NCBI GenBank assembly: GCA_963767925.1
Contig: CAVYGB010000002.1
Coordinates: 1,696,001 to 1,760,000 of the forward strand
Length of the DNA stretch: 64,000 nt
Source: an uncultured delta proteobacterium
Lineage (GTDB): Bacteria > Myxococcota_A > Polyangia > Fen-1088
Direction of reading: 5' to 3'
The translations under genes were made by a program, and so were the position numbers. Of this stretch, positions 45,212-53,834 are shown in pieces. Under the pieces are notes generated by a model, which saw only the letters and a list, made by a program, of their open reading frames with translations, searched no databases and had not been told where the DNA came from. The first letter of the stretch is position 1; every line of letters begins with the position of its first letter.

Positions 45212-46447
45212 ATGCACGTCCTCGACAGCTTACGTGAGCGCGGGTTCATCCAGCAGGTCAGCGAGGAGGCTGATCTGCGTCAGCGTCTGTCGAGTGGCCC
45301 GGTCACGTTTTATGCCGGCTTCGATCCGACGAAGCCGAGCCTGCAGCTCGGCAACACCGTCCCGCTGATGGCGATGGCGCACCTGGCGCGCGCCGGGCAC
45401 CGGCCGATCGTGGTGCTGGGCGGGGGGACGACGATGGTGGGCGACCCGAGCGGCAAGACCGAGATGCGGCAGATGTTGACCGCCGAGGACATCGCCCAGA
45501 ACCGCCGGCTCGTCGAGCCGCAGACCCTCCGGTACCTGGCGGCGGCCGGAGACCAGGCGGTCGTCGTCGACAACGCCGACTGGCTGCTCCCGCTCAAGTA
45601 CGTCGACTTCCTGCGCGACATCGGCCGGCACTTCAGCGTCAACCGGATGCTGGCGGCCGAGGCCTACAAGGTGCGGCTGGAGAAGGGCCTCTCGTTCATC
45701 GAGTTCAACTACCAGCTCCTGCAGGCCTACGACTTCCTGGTGCTGTTCCGCCGCCACGGCTGCTGCCTGCAGATCGGGGGCGACGACCAGTGGGGCAACA
45801 TCCTGGCCGGGACCGATCTCATCCGCCGGCTCGAGCAGCAGCAGGCGTTCGCCCTGACCTTCCCCCTCATCAAGACCGCGACCGGGGAGAAGATGGGCAA
45901 GACGGCCGCCGGGGCGGTGTGGCTCGACCGTGAGCGCACGTCGGTCTTCGATTTTTACCAGTACTTCGTCAACGTCGACGACCGGGACGTCGACCGCTTC
46001 CTGCGCATCTTCACCTTCCTGCCGGTCGAGGAGATCCAGCGGCTGTCCGCGCTGGGGGGGGCCGAGCTGCGCGCGGCCAAGCAGGTCCTGGCGCTCGAGG
46101 TGACGAAGATCGTTCACGGCGACGAGGCGGCCGAGACCGCCCAGCGGGCCGCCCGGGCCGCCTTCGGCGGTGGAGGGGAGGGCGGCGAGGCGGGCGCGGA
46201 CGTGCCCAGCTTCGAGGTCGGGGACGAGGAGCTCGCCGCCGGGTTGAAGGTGGTCGACCTGCTGGCCGCCTGCGGCCTGGCCGCCTCGAAGAGCGTGGCG
46301 CGGCGGCTGGTGGCGCAGGGGGGCGTGCGGGTGGGCGGCCGCAAGGTGGACGCGCTGGACGACGTGCTCAAGGCTGAAGAGGTCGGGGCAGAGGGCGTCC
46401 TGTTGCATGCAGGCAAGAAGCACCTGCGGCGGATCCTGAAGCGATAG
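45212..46447 (+). CDS. tyrS: Tyrosyl-tRNA synthetase
   Basis: YAGFDPT, GDPSGK, EFNYQLLQAYDF, QIGGDDQWGN, KMGKT and a C-terminal S4 domain. Confidence 0.97.
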   Translation: MHVLDSLRERGFIQQVSEEADLRQRLSSGPVTFYAGFDPTKPSLQLGNTVPLMAMAHLARAGHRPIVVLGGGTTMVGDPSGKTEMRQMLTAEDIAQNRRLVEPQTLRYLAAAGDQAVVVDNADWLLPLKYVDFLRDIGRHFSVNRMLAAEAYKVRLEKGLSFIEFNYQLLQAYDFLVLFRRHGCCLQIGGDDQWGNILAGTDLIRRLEQQQAFALTFPLIKTATGEKMGKTAAGAVWLDRERTSVFDFYQYFVNVDDRDVDRFLRIFTFLPVEEIQRLSALGGAELRAAKQVLALEVTKIVHGDEAAETAQRAARAAFGGGGEGGEAGADVPSFEVGDEELAAGLKVVDLLAACGLAASKSVARRLVAQGGVRVGGRKVDALDDVLKAEEVGAEGVLLHAGKKHLRRILKR

Positions 46448-46865
46448 CGGGCGCTCGAAAGCGGACGCCCGGGTCCGGCCGTCGTTGGAGGCCACGCCCT
46501 CCCCCGCCCGGCCGCGAGCCCGCGCCGGTCCGGGCCCCGTCCCGGAACGACGGGTCGGGCAAGGTCGGGGCCGAGCTGTGGTCTGCGGCGGCGAAGGGTG
46601 GGCGAGCGCGCGAAGCGGGAGCTCGCAGAGGCGCGGAGCGGACGGCGGGAGTAGCGGAGCAGGGGCTCGGTGTCGGAGGAGGGCGGAAGGGGGTGGTGGT
46701 CTCCCCGGCCGGGGTCGTCGCTGCCGTGGCGCTGGCCGTCCCCTTCCTGCGGGCCGGTCCGGGCAGGTGCCCCCTCGGCGCCCGGCCGAGGAAACCACCA
46801 CCCCCTCCCGCCGGCGGGGGGCGAGCCGCCGCGCCGCCGGGGGGCGGGGAAGGTGAGGCCGAGGG

Positions 46866-47516
46866 TCAGGTGTGGGGCGAGGCGGCGAGGAGGGTCTCGA
46901 TGCGGGCCAGGTCTTCGGGGGTGTTGATGTTCTCGAGGCAGGCGAGGGTGGGGTCGGCGAGGCGGAGGGTGGGCTCGGGCAGCCAGTGGACCCGGACTTC
47001 GGCGAGCAGGCCCATGGTCCGGAGGCGGTCGTGCCGGAGGAGGTCTGCGATGGCCGGGGCGCAGCTCCGGTTGTAGCGGGCAAAGAGGGGCTCGGGCTGG
47101 CCACCGACCAGGGGCACGAGCGCCTGGGCGCTCGGGGCGGTGTCGCGCAGCAGATCGAGGGGCGGGCCGCTGAGGAGGGGCATGTCGGCGGCCAGGCAGA
47201 CGGCTCCTTCCTCCTCGGGCGTGAGCGCCGCCAGCACCGCATCGAGGCCGGCCAGCGGCCCCGAGCGACCCGGCACCCGATCGCGGAGCACGACAAGGTC
47301 AGCCGGCAGGTCCGACGCCGACCCCGGCCCGGCCTCCGGACCGAGGACCATCAGGATCCGCGAGAAGCGCCCGCGCAGCACCTCGAGCTGCCGGTCCAGG
47401 ACGCTCCGTCCGCCCACCCGCAGCCCCCGCTTGGCCACCCCGCCCATCCGTGTCCCGGCGCCCCCCGCCAGGATGGCCACCGCCACGCTCGCCCTGCGAT
47501 CGACCTCGCCCGCCAT
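46866..47516 (-). CDS. mobA: Molybdenum cofactor guanylyltransferase
   Basis: AILAGGAGTRMGG..K, GPLAGL, AADMP, EPLFARY and NINTPEDL. Confidence 0.9.
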   Translation of the reverse strand: MAGEVDRRASVAVAILAGGAGTRMGGVAKRGLRVGGRSVLDRQLEVLRGRFSRILMVLGPEAGPGSASDLPADLVVLRDRVPGRSGPLAGLDAVLAALTPEEEGAVCLAADMPLLSGPPLDLLRDTAPSAQALVPLVGGQPEPLFARYNRSCAPAIADLLRHDRLRTMGLLAEVRVHWLPEPTLRLADPTLACLENINTPEDLARIETLLAASPHT

Positions 47517-47738
47517 GTTCTCCCCATTTGCCAGCGCGGAGGCCGAGGCTTCAAGTCCCCTGTGCCGGACGTCGGGCCAAGGCCGCTCTGGCGGCCGGGG
47601 AGGCTTCGAGTTCCTGGTGCACGCGGAGGCCTCGAGTCCGCTCTCGCGGACGTGGGCTCGAATCCGTTACCGCGGAGCCGAGGCTTCGAGTCCGATTCGC
47701 GGAGCCCGAGGTTCAAGCCCCTTCCGGCGGCGGGGGGG

Positions 47739-48194
47739 TCAGGCGCTGGCTCGGGGGGTGACGCGGGCGTCGCTTTCCAGGGCGGAGAGGGTGCCGTCGA
47801 GGAGCTTCAGGAAATATTCCCCGGTGCGGCGGAAAGGGGCTGCCTGGGCGTCTTCGGTGAAGGTGGAGGTGGGGCCGCCGGTGTGAAAGCTGTTGAGGAC
47901 GTCGCGTGGGATGACCTCGCCCAGGGTGGCGAGGTGGGCCAGGGCGCGGCGGCCGAGGGAGACCAGCAGATCGCGCCGGGTGCTGTCGGTGACGAAGCGG
48001 TCGAGGTCGGGCATGACGCCGTAGCCGAAGCCGGCCCGGGCCTGGGTGGCCCAGACGTCGCGAACCTCGTGCAGCCAGTCGGGAGGCTGGTCGAGCTTGT
48101 CGATCTCGTCGACCATCAGCGCCAGCCAGATCTCGATGTGGCAGTCGCTGGCCTCGAAGCCCTTGCCGCGAAAGTCGATGTACGTCGCGCCCAT
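47739..48194 (-). CDS. Hypothetical protein
   Basis: 151-aa ORF with AGGGG RBS and typical codon bias; no motif recognised. Confidence 0.7.
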   Translation of the reverse strand: MGATYIDFRGKGFEASDCHIEIWLALMVDEIDKLDQPPDWLHEVRDVWATQARAGFGYGVMPDLDRFVTDSTRRDLLVSLGRRALAHLATLGEVIPRDVLNSFHTGGPTSTFTEDAQAAPFRRTGEYFLKLLDGTLSALESDARVTPRASA

Positions 48195-48413
48195 GGTGGT
48201 CGGCCCCTGTTCAGCTTACTGGTAGACCCGTGATCTTGGGGGTGGGTTGCGCCGCCGGGAGGCCGGTGCCGGGCTGGCGGAGCGCCCCGCGCGCAGCCGC
48301 TGGGCACATCGCAAGCCCCATGCCGGCCGCTGCCGGCGGGGACCCGGCTCCGGGCCCCCCTGGCCTGTGGCGCCCCCCTCGACACTGTGGCGCCGTCCGC
48401 CACAGGCCCGCGG

Positions 48414-49565
48414 TCAGAGGGCGCGGGTGGCGATCTCGGTCAGCTCGCCGTCTGTGAGGGGCAACGGGTTGCCCTTCATGCTGCTGGCGACCTTCGCCCG
48501 GGCGACGAGGGCCGGGATGGCGGCGGCGGCGAGGCCATGGCGGCCCAGTCCGACAACGCCCAGATCGCTCGCCAGGCCGCCCAGCCAGGCGACGGCGTCG
48601 GCCGGTTCGGGGTGCGGGCGCCCGGTGAAGCGGGCGGCCAGCTCCTGGAAGCGCGGCAGGCTCGGGTGATCGGGCGCCCGCTGCTGCAGGGCGCGCAGGT
48701 TGACCGCCATCGCCGGGGCCAGCAACGCCGCGCAGATCGCGCCGTGGGGCGCGCCGAGCATGCCCCCCGCCGGGGCGGCGAAGCCGTGCACGGCCCCCAG
48801 GCCCGCGTTGGCCAGGCAGAGCCCGCCCAGCAGGCTCGCCAGGGCCAGGTCCTCGCGTGCGCCCGCGTCGGCGCCCTCGAGCACCGCCCGCCGCAGCGAC
48901 CGCACCGACCTGTCGATCCCCTCGCGGGCCATGGCGTCGGTGACCGGGTTCGCCCGCCCGGAGATGAACGGCTCCACGAGCTGCGACAGGGCGTCGAGGC
49001 CGCTGGCGACGAGCACCTCCGCCGGCGCCCCCGCGAGCAGCTCCGGGTCGACGATGGCCGCCCTGGGCAACATGTGCGCGCTGCGGAGGCTGACCTTGAC
49101 CCCCTCGTCGCGGGCCAGCAGCACCGCGTTGCGCGTGACCTCGGAGCCGGTCCCGGCGGTGGTCGGGATGGCCACGAACGGCAGCGAGGGACGTTCGAGG
49201 GCCCGCCCGCGGCCGATGACCTCCAGATAGTCGAGGGGCTCGCCGCCGTTGGGAACCAGGGCGGCGATGGCCTTGCCCGCGTCGAGCGCGCTGCCGCCCC
49301 CGAAGGCCACCACCCCCTGGCAGCCGGCAGCGGCCGTCACTCCCGCCTGCGCCAGCTCGACCGTCGGCTCGCCCGGGACCGCCAGCTCGACCAGGTCCAC
49401 CCCGGCGGCGCGCAGGGCGCTGCGCAGCCGCTCGGCGCGGTCGACCCGGCGCCCGGTGACCAGCAATGCCCGGCGCACCCCCAGCCCCCGCACCACCTCC
49501 GCCGCTTGCGCCAGCACGCCGTTGCCGAAGATCACCCGGGTGGCGGTCGCGAACTCGAAGGCCAT
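48414..49565 (-). CDS. Iron-containing alcohol dehydrogenase
   Basis: GGGSALDAGK, IPTTAGTGSEVT, DALSQLVE, GLGAVHG and HGAIC. Confidence 0.95.
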   Translation of the reverse strand: MAFEFATATRVIFGNGVLAQAAEVVRGLGVRRALLVTGRRVDRAERLRSALRAAGVDLVELAVPGEPTVELAQAGVTAAAGCQGVVAFGGGSALDAGKAIAALVPNGGEPLDYLEVIGRGRALERPSLPFVAIPTTAGTGSEVTRNAVLLARDEGVKVSLRSAHMLPRAAIVDPELLAGAPAEVLVASGLDALSQLVEPFISGRANPVTDAMAREGIDRSVRSLRRAVLEGADAGAREDLALASLLGGLCLANAGLGAVHGFAAPAGGMLGAPHGAICAALLAPAMAVNLRALQQRAPDHPSLPRFQELAARFTGRPHPEPADAVAWLGGLASDLGVVGLGRHGLAAAAIPALVARAKVASSMKGNPLPLTDGELTEIATRAL

Positions 49566-49588
49566 GTCGTGCCTCTCTCTGTCGCTGC

Positions 49589-49906
49589 TCACCAGCCGCC
49601 GTCGTCGGGGTGCAGGTTCAAGTACTTCCGGCTGGTGCGCGGCGCCGCCATCATCGGCGCCACCGCGTCCCGCCAGGTCAGGTAGTGGGCCGTCTGCTTG
49701 TGGGCCAAGGGCGCCTCCGCCGAGCGGTAGGCCTCGCACAGCACGAAGCGCGTCGGATCCTCCCGGTCCTGGATCACGTCGAAGCGGGCGACGCCCGGCT
49801 CCTGCACGCTCGCGCGCGCGTTGGCCAGGGTGGCCTCGATGAAAGGAGCCACCTGCTCCGGCTTGACCTCGCAGTGCACCTGGACGACGAGCAACGTGTT
49901 CGGCAT
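49589..49906 (-). CDS. ABM-family (LsrG/YgiN-like) monooxygenase or isomerase
   Basis: [20 protein letters not shown] and [12 protein letters not shown]. Confidence 0.9.
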   Translation of the reverse strand: MPNTLLVVQVHCEVKPEQVAPFIEATLANARASVQEPGVARFDVIQDREDPTRFVLCEAYRSAEAPLAHKQTAHYLTWRDAVAPMMAAPRTSRKYLNLHPDDGGW

Positions 49907-50052
49907 GGGCAAGCTCACCTGAGAAGAAAATGCGTTTGGCGCCGCGGACTGTCCGCGACCCTTCTACCTTGGCCTTCCCCCGCCCGGCCACCCCTGGGTC
50001 GGGGCGGCTGAAAGCTGCGCTGCGGACCTGGGCTCGGGTAGTGTCCCAGCCC

Positions 50053-51108
50053 ATGCCTTTCCGATACGGGGCCGCCGAGCTGATCGAATTTGCCGCCGCC
50101 TTGCTCGGGCGCGCGGGCCTCGACGCCGACAAGGCGCGCGCGACCGCCGAGATCCTCGTCGAGGGCGATCTGCTCGGCCACACGACGCACGGCCTGGCCT
50201 TGCTGGCCCCCTACCTGGACGACGTCGCCAAGGGCGCCATGACCCGCACCGGGGAGCCGACCGTTATCGCCGACTTTCCGGCGGCGGTCACCTGGGACGG
50301 CAACCGGCTGCCAGGGCCCTGGCTGGTGCGCCGGGCGCTGGAGCTGGCCTGCGAACGGGCCGGCCGCAACGGCACCTGCGTTGTGTCGGTCCGCCGCAGC
50401 CACCACATCGCCTGCCTGGGGGCGTACCTGAAACCGGTGGCCGATCGGGGGTTGATGGTGCTGCTGTCGTCGTCGGATCCGACTGCGCGCGGGGTGGCTC
50501 CCCACGGCGGCCGTACGCAGGTGATGACGCCCGATCCGATCGCGGCGGCCTGGCCAACCGGGGGCGAGCCCGTGATCCTCGATGTCTCGACTTCGATCAC
50601 CACCAACGGGATGACCAAGCGTCTGGCCGGCGAGGGGCGCAAGTTCCCCGGGGTGTGGGCGCTCGACGCGAGCGGCGTACCCACCGATGATCCGGCCCGG
50701 GTGTTCGGCCAGCCGGCGGGCGCGCTGCTGCCCCTCGGCGGGGTCGACCACGGCCACAAGGGGTTCGCCCTCGGTCTGCTCGTCGAGGCCCTCACGGGCG
50801 GGCTGGCCGGCTATGGCCGGGCCGATGCGCCGGCGGGCTGGGGGGCGACCGTGTTCGCGCAGGTGTTCGATCCCGCGCTGTTCGGCAGCCGGGAGGGGTT
50901 CGTGCGCCAGACCGAGCACCTGGCCGCCGCCTGCCGGGCGGTCCCGCCCCGCGAGGGGTTCGAGCGGGTGCGCCTGCCGGGAGAGGCCGGCCTTCGCCGC
51001 CGGGCCGAGCAGCTCGCTGGCGGGGTGGAGCTGTACCCGGCGATCCTCCAGTCGCTCGAGCCCTGGGCGGAGAAGCTCGGCGTGCCGCTCCCGATCTCGG
51101 CCCGGTGA
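50053..51108 (+). CDS. Ldh_2-family (type 2 malate/L-lactate dehydrogenase) oxidoreductase
   Basis: GDLLGHTTHG, SHHIACL, PDPIA, HKGFAL and VRLPGE. Confidence 0.92.
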   Translation: MPFRYGAAELIEFAAALLGRAGLDADKARATAEILVEGDLLGHTTHGLALLAPYLDDVAKGAMTRTGEPTVIADFPAAVTWDGNRLPGPWLVRRALELACERAGRNGTCVVSVRRSHHIACLGAYLKPVADRGLMVLLSSSDPTARGVAPHGGRTQVMTPDPIAAAWPTGGEPVILDVSTSITTNGMTKRLAGEGRKFPGVWALDASGVPTDDPARVFGQPAGALLPLGGVDHGHKGFALGLLVEALTGGLAGYGRADAPAGWGATVFAQVFDPALFGSREGFVRQTEHLAAACRAVPPREGFERVRLPGEAGLRRRAEQLAGGVELYPAILQSLEPWAEKLGVPLPISAR

Positions 51109-51187
51109 TTGCTCGATCGGGGCGGGTTCCTTGCAACGGGCGGCCGGCCCGGGAGCTGGCCTCCGCCGGCGCGGTGGTCCGGCGCGC

Positions 51188-51889
51188 TCACAGACCGCGG
51201 AGGTGTTCGAGCAGCGCGGGCTCGGTCCGGGCGTTGGTGAAGGTGGGCGGGCGGGCGCTCCAGGCGGGCGCCAGGGCGGGATGGGCGCGCAGGCGATCGG
51301 CCAGGGCGCTCAACCGGGGCAGGCGGGCGCGGAGGGCGGGCTCGCGCGCCTCCCCGAAGACGTAGCGCAGGGCCTCGACCGCCTCGCCGGCGAAGAAGTC
51401 GGCGAAGGTGGGGGCCGGTCGCGAGGGGGTGAACCAGGCGCTGCCTCCGGGCGCGCTCGCTTCGAGGCGGCCCAGCTTCTCGAGCATGCGGGCCAGGTGG
51501 GCCGGGAAGGCCTGCGCGACGTCGCAGCCCGGGTAGAGCCGATCGGCCCAGAACAGCTCCATCAGCCGGACCAGCACCTCGAGGTAACAGCCCGACGAGA
51601 TGGTCTCGATGCGGGCGATGGCGTCCCCGTCGAGGCCGTCGTGGTGACCGAGGCGCCGCCCCAGGTACGAGGCGATGGCCAGCGTCTCGCCGACGGTGTG
51701 GGCTCCCCAGGTCAAGGTCGGCAGCCCCCCGAGGAGCCCACCGACCGCGGGGTTCTCCTGCTCCTCGGCCCACTCGACCGGGCTGACGTGTTTGTCGACG
51801 AAGGGGACGCCCGCCTCGTGGAGGGCGTGCCGGATCGCCTGGGCCCGTCCCACGATGGGAAAGTAACGGAGGATCGGCGCCTCGGACAT
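51188..51889 (-). CDS. Glutathione S-transferase-like protein (Tyr-type N-terminus)
   Basis: LRYFPIVGRAQAIR, GGLPTL, GETLAIASYL and PTFADF. Confidence 0.8.
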   Translation of the reverse strand: MSEAPILRYFPIVGRAQAIRHALHEAGVPFVDKHVSPVEWAEEQENPAVGGLLGGLPTLTWGAHTVGETLAIASYLGRRLGHHDGLDGDAIARIETISSGCYLEVLVRLMELFWADRLYPGCDVAQAFPAHLARMLEKLGRLEASAPGGSAWFTPSRPAPTFADFFAGEAVEALRYVFGEAREPALRARLPRLSALADRLRAHPALAPAWSARPPTFTNARTEPALLEHLRGL

Positions 51890-52111
51890 GGCCGCGGCGA
51901 CCATGCCACCGGACCGCTGACCCGTCGACACCTTGTCGCGAGGCCCACCCCGCGACCCACCAATCCTGGGCGCAAAGCTGACGGCCAGGATGGACGCCCA
52001 TCCCGATCCGAGAGTTCTGAAGGCCGTGGTCCGGCTGTCTTCGGCCGCCAGCCAGCTTTCACTCCCTGTCGATCGTGCTCTTCGCCCGTGCTCTTCGCGG
52101 GGGCGGGGCGG

Positions 52112-52627
52112 TCAGGGGTCCAGGACGCCGACCGGGGTGGAGGCGCTCTCGGTGGTGCCGTCGCCGAGCTGGCCAATCGAGTTGTCGCCCCAGCAGAGGA
52201 CCGATCCGCCGGCCACCAGCGCGCAGGTGTGCCACGCGCCCGGCGCCACCGCGGCGACGTTCAGGAGCAGGCAGGACTCACAGGCCCGGGCTGCATCCAC
52301 CGGGGCCGGAGCGTTCGCATCGGCCTGGTTCGCGGCGGCGTCGGGCGTCGGGGTCGGCCGGTCAGCCGAGGCGTCGCGACCGGAGGGCGGCACCGCCCCG
52401 ATCGAGGCGCCATCCGCCTGCCCCCCGTCGATCTCGTCCTGGCAGCTCCCGAGCGCCCCCAGGAGGCCCAGCAGGGCGCTGCCCCCGCAGCCGCGGCGAA
52501 TCGCTCCGTGACCGCGCTGACGACAGGGGCACGCTAGGACAACTGCGGCGCCGCTGTCGACAGCGACCTTCGTCCCGGCGCGACCGCGGTGTACGGCGTT
52601 CCCGCAGCCGTCCGGGATCCATCGCAC
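52112..52627 (-). CDS. Short lipoprotein with a single RCC1 repeat (possibly truncated); start uncertain
   Basis: Lipobox-like LGSC; VAPGAWHTCAL...VLCWGDNSIGQLGDGTT. Confidence 0.6.
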   Translation of the reverse strand: MRWIPDGCGNAVHRGRAGTKVAVDSGAAVVLACPCRQRGHGAIRRGCGGSALLGLLGALGSCQDEIDGGQADGASIGAVPPSGRDASADRPTPTPDAAANQADANAPAPVDAARACESCLLLNVAAVAPGAWHTCALVAGGSVLCWGDNSIGQLGDGTTESASTPVGVLDP

Positions 52628-52707
52628 GAATTAATAATGACTCTACGATACATACCGGATTGACTTGTCGGCGCCGAGGCGGCCATCGTGGGCGCAGGAG
52701 GACTGAC

Positions 52708-53628
52708 ATGAAGCGACTTTCGACTGGAGGACTTGCTGTGATCTCGGCGGCGGTGGCGCTGCTCTCGGCGGCGCCGTCGTTCGGCGACGGGGTCGAGCGG
52801 AGCCGGGGACAGCTTCTGGAGGTGATCGTTCTGGACCACAACCAGCTCTTCAAACACGACGTGAACCTGAACCGCGTCGACACCGACACCTACCCGGCCG
52901 AGTTGCGCTTTCCCACCTACCGATCCGATGCCCGCTTTTATCGGATCGACGAGGACATCATGCGGATCGGGAACGGGACCGACGACGCCCTGACCTTCTT
53001 CGCGAGCATCGCGCGGCCGGGCGACGTCCCCGGGCTGATTCCGTCCAGTCTCGCGAGCTGCGGGCAGCGGGTCTGTGCGCTGTTGCTGTCGGAGGCCATC
53101 GGCTGCCGGGGCAACATGGTGGTGGGGGGCTATGCCGAGGGAAGCACGCCCATCTTCAGCGGCGCGATCGCCGAGGACGGCTTCTGCCCGAAGGACATGA
53201 TCCCGCGCGGGACCGACGTGGTCGTCCTCTCGCAGGCCCCGTTCGTCAACGAGCGGGCCCGCCAGACCTTCTTCCGGATCTTCAATCAGAACCTGGTGCT
53301 GACCCAGGTGTTCCAGGGACCGACGCTCGAGTTCCTCGCCCAGGCCATCTCCGCCAACTGGGACGACACCGGCTCGGCCTTCGTGCTCGACACGAACTTC
53401 GGGGGCTTCAACCGCGTCCTCAAGGTGAGCCTGTCGAACGGGCAGATCATCGCCTTCTCCCAGAACCGGGCCAATCCGGTCCCCTTCGCCACCCGGGACA
53501 TCACCCACTTCCCGGCCGGCAACGAGGTGGTGGTCTCCAGCCAGAACACGGGCACCCGGCAGTACCGGCTGACCGCCTACAACGAGTCGACGCTGGCCTT
53601 CACCCGCGAGCGCGTCTTCAGTTACTGA
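52708..53628 (+). CDS. Secreted hypothetical protein (beta-rich)
   Basis: AGGAGG RBS; signal peptide MKRLSTGGLAVISAAVALLSAAPSFG; strong GC3 bias; no family recognised. Confidence 0.8.
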   Translation: MKRLSTGGLAVISAAVALLSAAPSFGDGVERSRGQLLEVIVLDHNQLFKHDVNLNRVDTDTYPAELRFPTYRSDARFYRIDEDIMRIGNGTDDALTFFASIARPGDVPGLIPSSLASCGQRVCALLLSEAIGCRGNMVVGGYAEGSTPIFSGAIAEDGFCPKDMIPRGTDVVVLSQAPFVNERARQTFFRIFNQNLVLTQVFQGPTLEFLAQAISANWDDTGSAFVLDTNFGGFNRVLKVSLSNGQIIAFSQNRANPVPFATRDITHFPAGNEVVVSSQNTGTRQYRLTAYNESTLAFTRERVFSY

Positions 53629-53834
53629 CCGCGGGCGCACCGGGCCTGCCGCGATTTGCGACACCCTGAGTCCAGCGCGGGGGCCCGGCGCGTCAGAGTG
53701 GCAGCGTGGGGCAGTGCGACACGGTTCGGGCGGGGTGGCGAGATGTGGGCGTAAAAGTTTCGCTGGGGTCGCGGTGGAGAGACCACTGTGCGCCGCAAGA
53801 GGCCACTACCCTGACGATCGGACGGGTGAATCGG

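Noticed and set aside
47535..47725. tRNA gene
   Set aside because: T-loop-like motifs only; no acceptor, D or anticodon stems could be built.
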